Positions 8,570 through 15,972 of a stretch of 22,625 bases of DNA are shown here, piece after piece. Source of the stretch: a bacterium (GTDB lineage: Bacteria > Sysuimicrobiota > Sysuimicrobiia > Sysuimicrobiales > Kaftiobacteriaceae); the NCBI GenBank assembly GCA_044868695.1, contig JBIOWP010000104.1, positions 1 to 22,625 of the forward strand. Direction: 5' to 3'. A program made the position numbers and the translations under genes. A model generated the notes under the pieces. The model searched no databases. It was not told the origin of the DNA and saw nothing but the letters and a program-made list of their open reading frames with translations. Within the stretch, counting starts at the first letter, position 1. Each line of letters starts with the position of its first letter.

Positions 8570-8754
8570 TGAGCTCCCCCCTTTACGCGGCTGCGCTCGT
8601 GATGGCGCCGAGGTGAGTCCCTCAGCGCGCCGGTGCGCGTCCGTGCATCATCCCTCGCCGCACCGGACGGTTCGCGTCCGCGTTGACTGAACATGCGACA
8701 TCGATGTGCGTTTTTCCTGCTGCACGAAGAATATTTTTGATAGAGTGAGTGGCG

Positions 8755-9576
8755 ATGACACCGGTGACCATTCGACCGATCACCGACGCCGCGGCGATGC
8801 GCGCGGTGGAAGAGTTGCAGCGTGATGTGTGGGGAATGCCCGACCTCGAAATCGTTCCCGCGCATCAATTGAAGGCGGCGGTCGGCGCAGGCGGCGTCAT
8901 CCTCGGCGCCTTCGACAGCGACGGGACGCTCGCGGGATTCTGTTACGGGTTTGTCGGATTGCGCGACGGCCGGCTGCTCTTCTACTCTCACATGGCAGGT
9001 GTGCGCCCGGAACACCAGGACCGCGACATCGGGTTCCTCCTCAAGCGCGCGCAGCGCCAGGAGGCGCTCGACCGCGGACTGGAGCGCATGATGTGGACCT
9101 TCGACCCCCTGCAGAGTCTCAACGCGTCGTTCAACCTCCACAAGCTGGGCGCGACGGCAGCGCGCTACTATGTGGATTACTACGGCGAGATGCCTGACGC
9201 GATCAACCGCGGCCTGCCCAGCGACCGGCTGGAGGCGGACTGGTGGCTGCGCGATCCGCGCGTAGACGCCGGGACCGCCACGCCCCGGTCGTGGCCGGAC
9301 GCGCGCGCAGTCCTGGCCGGGACCGCGCGGGACGGTCTCGTCCACCCGGGACGCCCGGTGCTGGAGCTGGACGACCCCATCCTGCGCCTTGAGATCCCCG
9401 GCGCGCGGGGTTCGGACGCTGAGACCGCGCACGCGTGGCGGCTGGCGTCACGTCAGGCGTTCCTTCATTACTTCGGCCGCGGATACAGCGCGGTGGACTA
9501 CGTCGCCTCCCGCTCGCAACCGACGGGATCATACATTCTGGAGCGCCACGCCACGGCGCGGCGGGACACGCCGTGA
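8755..9576 (+). CDS. GNAT-family acyltransferase (likely D-amino-acid N-succinyl/acyltransferase partner of NSAR)
   Basis: LQRDVWG, YSHMAGV, IGFLLKRAQR, WTFDPLQSLNA.FNL.KLG, SDRLEADW; GTGA-coupled to the OSBS/NSAR gene. Start 8755 or GTG 8749. Confidence 0.88.
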   Translation: MTPVTIRPITDAAAMRAVEELQRDVWGMPDLEIVPAHQLKAAVGAGGVILGAFDSDGTLAGFCYGFVGLRDGRLLFYSHMAGVRPEHQDRDIGFLLKRAQRQEALDRGLERMMWTFDPLQSLNASFNLHKLGATAARYYVDYYGEMPDAINRGLPSDRLEADWWLRDPRVDAGTATPRSWPDARAVLAGTARDGLVHPGRPVLELDDPILRLEIPGARGSDAETAHAWRLASRQAFLHYFGRGYSAVDYVASRSQPTGSYILERHATARRDTP

Positions 9577-10682
9577 GGATTCGCTGGGCCGAGATCCGAC
9601 AGGTTGAGCTGCCGCTGGTGTTCCCGTTTGAGACCAGCTTCGGCCGCCAGGAGACTCACTCGTGCCTCCTGGTGCGGCTTGCCGCCGACGGCATGGAGGG
9701 ATGGGGCGAGGCGCCGGTCGAGACGGCGCCCCTCTACAACGAGGAGACAACCGGCACGGCCTGGCATGTCCTTGAACGGTTCATCGTGCCGCTGGTGCTC
9801 GGCCGCGAGATCAGCCACCCGCGGGAGTTCCCTCCCCTGGTCCGCCATCTCCGGCGGCACCACATGGCGAAGGCCGGCGTGGAGGCGGCGCTGTGGGATC
9901 TGCACAGCCGTCAGGCGGGGATCCCGCTGTCGCGGGCGCTGGGCGGAACAGCCCCCGTCGTCGAAGTCGGCGTCAGCCTGGGGATCGAACCGAACGTGGA
10001 TGCGCTCCTGCGCCGCATCGAGGATTTCACCGGCCGCGGGTACCGGCGGATCAAGGTCAAGATCAAACCCGGGTGGGACACCGACGTGGTCCGGGAAGTC
10101 CGGCGCGCATTCAGCACGATCCGCCTCCAGGTGGACGCCAACTCCGCCTACTCGCTGGAGCAGGCCGGCGTCTTTCGCGCGATGGACGAATTCGACCTCC
10201 TGCTGATCGAGCAGCCTCTGGGCGAAGACGACATCGTGGATCATGCGGCACTGCAGGCGCAGCTGCGCACCCCTCTCTGCCTCGATGAGTCGATCGTTAC
10301 CCCGGACGACGCCAGGAAAGCCATCCAGCTCGGCAGCTGCCGTGTCGTGAACATCAAGGCGGCGCGCCTCAGCGGCCTGACCGCGGCCGGCGCCACGCAC
10401 GACATCTGCCGGGAGCGCGGCATCCCGGTCTGGTGTGGGGGGCTGCTGGAAACCGGCATCGGCCGGGCGGCCAACTTGGCGCTGGCCTCCCTCCCCAACT
10501 TCCGGCTTCCCAGCGACTTGTCCGCCAGCGACCGGTACTACCACGAGGATCTCATCGACCCGCCCGTGACCCTGAACGGCGACGGAACGGTGACCGTCCC
10601 TACCGGTCCCGGCCTGGGCGTCTTCGTGGTGCTCGACCGTGTCGAACGCCACACGGTGCGGAAGGCAACCTTCAAGGGCTGA
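9573..10682 (+). CDS. menC: o-succinylbenzoate synthase / N-succinylamino acid racemase (enolase superfamily, NSAR/OSBS)
   Basis: PFETSFG, KxK (RIKVKIKPG), metal ligands VDAN / IEQP / LDES, NIK, WCGGLLETGIGRA, D.SASDRYY. Start GTG 9573. Confidence 0.92.
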   Translation: MRIRWAEIRQVELPLVFPFETSFGRQETHSCLLVRLAADGMEGWGEAPVETAPLYNEETTGTAWHVLERFIVPLVLGREISHPREFPPLVRHLRRHHMAKAGVEAALWDLHSRQAGIPLSRALGGTAPVVEVGVSLGIEPNVDALLRRIEDFTGRGYRRIKVKIKPGWDTDVVREVRRAFSTIRLQVDANSAYSLEQAGVFRAMDEFDLLLIEQPLGEDDIVDHAALQAQLRTPLCLDESIVTPDDARKAIQLGSCRVVNIKAARLSGLTAAGATHDICRERGIPVWCGGLLETGIGRAANLALASLPNFRLPSDLSASDRYYHEDLIDPPVTLNGDGTVTVPTGPGLGVFVVLDRVERHTVRKATFKG

Positions 10683-10686
10683 GTTC

Positions 10687-10728
10687 GGGACCAGGGACCG
10701 GGGACCAGGGACCGGGGACCAGGGACCG
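10687..10728 (+). repeat. Heptamer tandem repeat (GGGACCA GGGACCG) x3
   Basis: Six consecutive GGGACC(A/G) units just after the menC stop; a related array lies on the minus strand at 14387-14414. Confidence 0.9.
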
Positions 10729-10757
10729 GCCTGAGATCGTTTGCCGGCCCCCCCAGC

Positions 10758-10785
10758 TTGACAGAAGGCACCGCCGTGCTAAGAT
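10758..10785 (+). promoter_or_regulatory. Sigma70-type promoter TTGACA-16-TAAGAT with extended -10 TG
   Basis: TTGACA 10758-10763, TG 10777-10778, TAAGAT 10780-10785. Confidence 0.7.
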
Positions 10786-10812
10786 GGCGATAATAACAGA
10801 AGGCGTTTGACG

Positions 10813-10856
10813 AGGCCAGGACGCCTCCGCATGCCGCGGGGGCGTTGTGCCTTTTT
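10813..10856 (+). terminator. Terminator-like hairpin in the 5' leader of the 47-aa ORF (possible attenuator)
   Basis: GACGCCTCCGC (10820-10830) pairs with GCGGGGGCGTT (10836-10846); outer AGGC/GCCT; T5 at 10852-10856. Confidence 0.55.
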
Positions 10857-10868
10857 AGGGAGGATCAC

Positions 10869-11012
10869 ATGGACGAGCGACACGATCCGATGGCGCTGTG
10901 GGTGGGGACGTGGACGCCCCAGGACGCCATCGATGTGGAAACCACCCGACTGCGCGAGGACCGCGCGCCGCGGAAGGAATCGCGCGACACGGCGGAGCCT
11001 GACGCGAAGTAA
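10869..11012 (+). CDS. Small hypothetical protein, 47 aa (MDERHDPMALWVGTWTPQDAIDVETTRLREDRAPRKESRDTAEPDAK)
   Basis: Not in ORF track. SD AGGGAGG 5 nt before ATG, own promoter, ends 12 nt before the convergent UPF0182 stop. Confidence 0.65.
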   Translation: MDERHDPMALWVGTWTPQDAIDVETTRLREDRAPRKESRDTAEPDAK

Positions 11013-11024
11013 TCATCCCGTGCC

Positions 11025-13703
11025 CTAGGGGGGAGCGCTGTCCTGGAGCTTCCGCAGTAGCTCCCCCAACCGTTCGATCTCCCTCGCGTAGCCGGTCAGG
11101 TCACCGCCCCGCAGCAGCTCCTGCGCGCGCTGATAGATCTCGGCAGCCTGCGTGATTAGGTCGCGCAGAGTTTCTCCTTGCGGGCCGGCCGGGACAGGCG
11201 GCGCCGCGCCCAGCAGTCTCGCCATCGCGGCGTCGAACGTCTCCTCCATCACGATCCGCGGCCCGCTGGCCACGATGATCCGCTTGAGCTCAGGCAGGTG
11301 ACTCCGCTCCGCCTGCAGGAACAGCGGCTCCACGTACAGCAGCGCGGTCTCCATTGGAATGACCAGGAGGTTGCCGCGGATGACGCGCGAGCCCTGCTGG
11401 TTCCACAGCGTCAGCTGCTGCGAGATGATCGCGTCCTGGTTGATCCGCGCCTCGACCTGCATCGGCCCAAACACCAGGCGGTCTTTGGGAAACCGGTACA
11501 CGACCAGCTCCCCGTAGGACGGCGTATCGTTGCGGGCCGCCATCCAGGCGATCATGTTGTCGCGGTTGGACGGCGCGAAGGGCAGGATCAGGACAAATTC
11601 GGGCTGGAGCCCGCCGCTCAACCGCATCGTCACGTAGTAGGGCTCCACGGGCACCGTCTCGTTGCCGAACACCTCGGTGGGAATGACCCAGACATCTTCA
11701 CGATTGTAATAGACGCGGGGGTCGCGCATGTGGAATGTCGCGTAGACGCGGGCCTGGATCTCGAAGAGGTCGACCGGATAGCGCAGGTGCGAGGCGATCT
11801 CCGCCGGCATCGCCGCCACCGGTTTGAACAGCTCCGGGAAAATGGCCGCGAAGCTGCCGGCGACCGGGTCCAGCGGATCCATCAGGTAGAAGTCGACCGT
11901 GCCGTCGTAGGCGTCCACCACCACCTTCACGGAGTTGCGGATGTAGTTGACGCCCTCGAACGGTGTCGCGTACGGGTACCGATCCGTCGTCGTGTAGGCG
12001 TCGAGGATCCACTTCAGCCGTCCGCCTGCCAGCACCAGGTACGGATCCTCGTCGTATCCCAGGAATGGCGCCAGCCGCCGGACGCGGGCGGGCAGGTCTC
12101 GCATGAACAGCATCCGGCTGCTCGCGGAGATGTCCGATGACAGCACCAGGCGCAGATCGCCGAAGCGGTACGCGAATGCCAGACGCCGGAGCGGCGTGAG
12201 CCGGATGCCCCCGCGCCCGGTGTAGGTGGTGTAGACGTTGTCATCGCCGCGCGGGTAGTCGAATTCCTGCCCGCGTGTGTTCGTAACCACATACCAGTCG
12301 GTGTGCTCACCAAAGTAGATCTGCGGGTGGGTGATCGTGAGGTCCGGTGCGCTGGAGGGCGGGATGTCCTTCAGGAAGAATTCCGGCATCCCCTCCTCCG
12401 ACACCCGGTTCACCGGGCTCATCACCAGGCCGTACCCGTGGGTGTAGACGAGGTGTTCGTTGACCCAGGTGCGCGCCTGCGGGGTCAGCCGCTGGATCTC
12501 CAGCTCGCGGGCCGCCAGCATCACCTGCCGCTGCAGGCCGCCGATCCGGTACCGGTCGATGTCGACGTCGCCGAACACGTAGTATGGACGCAGCGCCTGC
12601 AGCTGGCGGTAGGCGGACAGCAGGGGCCGGTAGTCCCACAGCCGTACGTTCTCGAGCGTGGCGCGGTTCCGCGCGACGATGTCGGAGGTGACCATCCCGG
12701 CGGTGAACTCCCGTTCCTGCACGCGGTCCAGCCCGAACGCCCGGAGCGTGCCGGTGATGCCGTGGCGGAGATAGGGCGTCTCAACGGTCAGCTCGTTGGG
12801 CGTGACGCGCACCTGCTGCACGAGACGCGGCACGACCCCCAAACCCACCAGCCACGCGCCCGCGATCACCACCGCGGTGAGCATCACGAGCCGGAGGGTA
12901 CGCAGCCGCACATTGGCAAACATGAGGCCCGCGGCGGCCAGGAACAGCACCGTGAGCAGGCGCAGCGCCGGCAGCGTGGCGTGGACGTCGGTAAACGTGG
13001 CGCCGACGATTGCGCCGCGCCGTGAATACAAGAGCGCGTACGCATCGAGCCAGAATCCCCATCCCCGGACCAGCAGGATCCATCCGGCCAGCAGGCTGAG
13101 GTGAGCGCGCGGGCCCGGCGGCAGCGCCCACACCCCCTTCACCATCCCGGAGGCATGCGTGAGATAGTACCCGGCGGCGACCACCAGGAAGATGGTGGAC
13201 AGCCACGAGAACAACCACGATTCGATGAACCCAAAGACGGGGAGCTTGAAGACGAAGAACCCGACGTCACGGCCGAAGATCGGGTCGGCCACGCCGAAGG
13301 GGCGGGCGTGGACGAATTGCTGAAACATCGGCCACCGCGCCGAGGCCGAGAGGCCGGCCGCGGCGGCGATCACGGCCAGCACGGCGAGCACCAGGCCCGA
13401 CGAGCGGACGCGCCGGGTGGCGCGGCGGTACGTGCCTCCTCCCCGCTGGTCCGGCTCCAGGTCAATGACGTCTTCGGGCTGGGAGAACCGCAGGAACGGG
13501 CGGAGGTTCAGCCACAACAGGAGCAGCAGGGCGCCTCCGGTGACGAGGGTCACGCCGATCCGCGACAACAGCGGCACCCAGAACACGCGGCGATACCCCA
13601 CTTCGCCGAACCACAGCCAGTCGGTGTACCAGCGCGCCAGGGTCGGCGCGAAGATGAAGAACACGACAAACGCGGCGATCAGCCAGAGACGGATTCGTCT
13701 CAT
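11025..13703 (-). CDS. UPF0182 family membrane protein
   Basis: YTDWLWFGEVGY, DPIFGRDVGFFVF.LP, NVRLWD, HLVYTHGYG, NYIRNSVKVVVDAYDG, GNLLVIP, YVEPLFLQA. Confidence 0.95.
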   Translation of the reverse strand: MRRIRLWLIAAFVVFFIFAPTLARWYTDWLWFGEVGYRRVFWVPLLSRIGVTLVTGGALLLLLWLNLRPFLRFSQPEDVIDLEPDQRGGGTYRRATRRVRSSGLVLAVLAVIAAAAGLSASARWPMFQQFVHARPFGVADPIFGRDVGFFVFKLPVFGFIESWLFSWLSTIFLVVAAGYYLTHASGMVKGVWALPPGPRAHLSLLAGWILLVRGWGFWLDAYALLYSRRGAIVGATFTDVHATLPALRLLTVLFLAAAGLMFANVRLRTLRLVMLTAVVIAGAWLVGLGVVPRLVQQVRVTPNELTVETPYLRHGITGTLRAFGLDRVQEREFTAGMVTSDIVARNRATLENVRLWDYRPLLSAYRQLQALRPYYVFGDVDIDRYRIGGLQRQVMLAARELEIQRLTPQARTWVNEHLVYTHGYGLVMSPVNRVSEEGMPEFFLKDIPPSSAPDLTITHPQIYFGEHTDWYVVTNTRGQEFDYPRGDDNVYTTYTGRGGIRLTPLRRLAFAYRFGDLRLVLSSDISASSRMLFMRDLPARVRRLAPFLGYDEDPYLVLAGGRLKWILDAYTTTDRYPYATPFEGVNYIRNSVKVVVDAYDGTVDFYLMDPLDPVAGSFAAIFPELFKPVAAMPAEIASHLRYPVDLFEIQARVYATFHMRDPRVYYNREDVWVIPTEVFGNETVPVEPYYVTMRLSGGLQPEFVLILPFAPSNRDNMIAWMAARNDTPSYGELVVYRFPKDRLVFGPMQVEARINQDAIISQQLTLWNQQGSRVIRGNLLVIPMETALLYVEPLFLQAERSHLPELKRIIVASGPRIVMEETFDAAMARLLGAAPPVPAGPQGETLRDLITQAAEIYQRAQELLRGGDLTGYAREIERLGELLRKLQDSAPP

Positions 13704-13723
13704 GATGCCTCCGCCACCGGAAT

Positions 13724-13752
13724 TTGACCCGCGGCAGGTCCGTTGTTACAAT
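13724..13752 (+). promoter_or_regulatory. Sigma70-type promoter TTGACC-17-TACAAT with extended -10 TG
   Basis: TTGACC 13724-13729, TG 13744-13745, TACAAT 13747-13752; ATG 13761 is 8 nt downstream with no SD. Confidence 0.75.
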
Positions 13753-13760
13753 CGATGAGC

Positions 13761-14093
13761 ATGAGCGAGATTCACGAAGACGACACGCTGACGCGCGAGA
13801 AGGTCGTGCAGATGCTGAGCACGATCTTCGACCCGGAGATCCCCGTCAATATCTGGGACCTCGGCCTCATCTACGACCTCCAGGTCGCCGGCAACGACGT
13901 CGCCATCAAGATGACCCTGACCGCGGTCGGCTGCCCCATCGGGCCGGCCGTCGCCGGCGAGATTGAGAACAAGCTGCAGTCCATCGGCGCCGAACGGGTC
14001 ACCGTGGACTTCGTCTGGAGCCCTCCCTGGTCCCCCGCCCGCCTCAGCGACGACGGCCGCCTGGCGCTGCAGAGCATGGGCTTCCCCGTCTAA
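13761..14093 (+). CDS. DUF59 / SufT-like metal-sulfur cluster assembly factor
   Basis: DPEIPVNIWDLGLIY, MTLTAVGCP, VWSPPW motifs (DPE...T...C). Confidence 0.92.
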   Translation: MSEIHEDDTLTREKVVQMLSTIFDPEIPVNIWDLGLIYDLQVAGNDVAIKMTLTAVGCPIGPAVAGEIENKLQSIGAERVTVDFVWSPPWSPARLSDDGRLALQSMGFPV

Positions 14094-14374
14094 CGGGCGG
14101 CCTGCTCGATCCGCGCGGCCATCGCGACATCCTTCTCCGTCACGGCGTGTTCGCTGTGGGTCATCAGCGTAAAGCTGACGTTGTTCCACCCAAAGATCAG
14201 GATGTCGGGATGGTGATTGGCCTCTTCGGCCGTGGCCGCCACCGCATTGACCAGCCGCATCGCGTCTTTGAAATCTCTGCGTTTGAAGGTCTTCCGAATC
14301 CCTTCGGCGGTCAACTCCCAGCCCGGCAATGCGGTGAGATGGGTGCGGATCTCGGACTCACTGAGCCTTGCCAT
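14090..14374 (-). CDS. Pterin-4-alpha-carbinolamine dehydratase
   Basis: LPGW, F.DAM..VN.VA..AEEANHHPDI, L.THS..VTEKD; SD GGGGAGG before ATG 14374. Confidence 0.92.
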   Translation of the reverse strand: MARLSESEIRTHLTALPGWELTAEGIRKTFKRRDFKDAMRLVNAVAATAEEANHHPDILIFGWNNVSFTLMTHSEHAVTEKDVAMAARIEQAAR

Positions 14375-15800
14375 GATCGTCCTCCCCGGCCCCCGGTCCC
14401 CGGTCGCCGGTCCCGTTTTTGAAGCGTTTGCAGGCGTCCACAAAGCGCTCCGCCATCACCGGATGGGTCGCGAAGTGCAGGTGGGTGTACGAGGCCAGCA
14501 GCGTCGGCGTGCAGATGCCGTCCCTGCCGTCCCCCATCCCGCGGCCGCCGTCCGACGTCAACCCGAACTCCGCCGAACCCGTGAGGGCGACGGTCGAGTG
14601 GTGATATTCGTGGCCTGAGACGGTTTCGCCGGTGCGGAGCAACAGCGTATCGGCCGTCGCCGTCACCCGCACATAGCCCAGGGCGGACAGCTGGGACTGC
14701 ATGCGCGTGCGGGCGGGAATCACTCCGGCCATCGAATGCTCGGCCCCGCCTGCGTCCACCAGTGTCTCGGCCAGGTACATCATGCCGCCGCATTCAGCGT
14801 AGACCGGCATGCCCGCCTCGGCGGCGTCTTTGACCTGCGCCCGCATCCTCGTGTTCTCCGCCAGCGCCTGCGCGTACACTTCGGGGAACCCGCCTCCCAG
14901 ATAGAGACCGTGCACGGCGGGGAGATGCCGGTCGTGGATCGGGCTGAACGGCACGAGCCGGGCTCCCCGTGACTCCAGGATCTCCAGTCCGTCCTGGTAA
15001 TAAAAAGAGAATGCTTCGTCGCGCGCCACGCCGACCGCCACCCCCTGTGCGACCGGCATCGGCGGAAAGACCAGCGGGCCGGGAACGAGCAGGGGCGGCG
15101 CGAGCCGGGCGACCCGCAACAGGCCCTCCAGGTCGACGTGCGCGTCGACCGCGTCGCTGAGCGACTCAACCGTCTCCTGGTAGGATCGTTCCGCGGCGGG
15201 GACCAGTCCCAGATGCCGTTGTGGGAGATGGAGGCGATCGTCCCACGGCAGTGCGCCGAGCAATGGAATCCCCGCGGGTTCCAGCGCCTCGCGCAGCCAG
15301 CGCACATGCCGCTCGCCACCAGCGCGGTTTGCGATCACTCCGGCAATCGTGACGTCGGGGTCGAAACGCACGAACCCCGAGGCCGTCGCGGCGGCGCTGC
15401 GCACCGACCCGGCCACATCGACGACCAGCACCACCGGCGCACGCAGGAGCTTCGCGACTTCGGCGGTGGACCCCGCGTCGCTGCGGCCGTCGACGCCGTC
15501 GTACAATCCCATCACTCCCTCGATCACCGCGGCGGAGGCGCCCTCGGCGGCGCGTGCGAACAGCTCCACGACGGTGGCGTGCGGGAGCAGCCAGGTGTCG
15601 AGATTCCGCGAAATCCTGGGGGGCGAACCCGCCGGCCCAGCTGCGGCGGTATGAATGCTGGGATCGATGAAATCCGGTCCAACCTTGAACGGCTGCACCA
15701 CGAGACCGCGCCGCCGCAGGGCGCGGAGTACTCCGGCTGTGACCGACGTTTTGCCGGCTCCGCTGTGGGTCCCGGCAATCACCACTCTGGGAATCTGCAT
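14358..15800 (-). CDS. cbiA: Cobyrinate a,c-diamide synthase (CbiA/CobB)
   Basis: IAGTHSGAGKT, FKVGPDFIDP, NLD, IEGVMGLYDG, RHLGL, AFSFYY, GGGFPE, YAECGGMMYL, GHEYH, SYTHLHF. Start ATG 15800. Confidence 0.94.
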   Translation of the reverse strand: MQIPRVVIAGTHSGAGKTSVTAGVLRALRRRGLVVQPFKVGPDFIDPSIHTAAAGPAGSPPRISRNLDTWLLPHATVVELFARAAEGASAAVIEGVMGLYDGVDGRSDAGSTAEVAKLLRAPVVLVVDVAGSVRSAAATASGFVRFDPDVTIAGVIANRAGGERHVRWLREALEPAGIPLLGALPWDDRLHLPQRHLGLVPAAERSYQETVESLSDAVDAHVDLEGLLRVARLAPPLLVPGPLVFPPMPVAQGVAVGVARDEAFSFYYQDGLEILESRGARLVPFSPIHDRHLPAVHGLYLGGGFPEVYAQALAENTRMRAQVKDAAEAGMPVYAECGGMMYLAETLVDAGGAEHSMAGVIPARTRMQSQLSALGYVRVTATADTLLLRTGETVSGHEYHHSTVALTGSAEFGLTSDGGRGMGDGRDGICTPTLLASYTHLHFATHPVMAERFVDACKRFKNGTGDRGPGAGEDDHGKAQ

Positions 15801-15847
15801 GAGGGTCTGGGTGAGGGTTCGACGGGACGGCTGCGCCACCCTGGGCG

Positions 15848-15968
15848 GGTTCAGATAGATCCGAAACACTTTGAGTAGGGGTGCCGATCCCGCACAATCG
15901 CACGAATTCCTAGCTCAACGAGCCCCACCACCATGAGAGGAGGCAAAGTGCTTCGGATGTACTGAACC
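15848..15968. repeat. 121-bp segment bounded by ~25-bp imperfect inverted repeats
   Basis: GGTTCAGATAGATCCGAAACACTTTG (15848-15873) versus CAAAGTGCTTCGGATGTACTGAACC (15944-15968). Confidence 0.75.
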
Positions 15969-15972
15969 AGTT

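Noticed and set aside
8407..9432. 341-aa minus-strand ORF spanning the micro-ORF region
   Set aside because: Antisense to the GNAT gene and overlapping the pncB end; its Arg-rich tail is an off-frame reading of the Lys micro-ORFs.
10687..10728. CRISPR array
   Set aside because: 7-bp units with no spacers; no cas genes in the window.
15938..15965. AGGAGG followed by a 5-codon ORF (MLRMY)
   Set aside because: Very short, lies within an inverted-repeat arm, and has no promoter or paralogue support.
15801..15972. Cobalamin riboswitch upstream of cbiA
   Set aside because: I could not find the conserved B12-element motifs (GGGAA, GCCACTG, B12 box) in the expected order on the minus strand.
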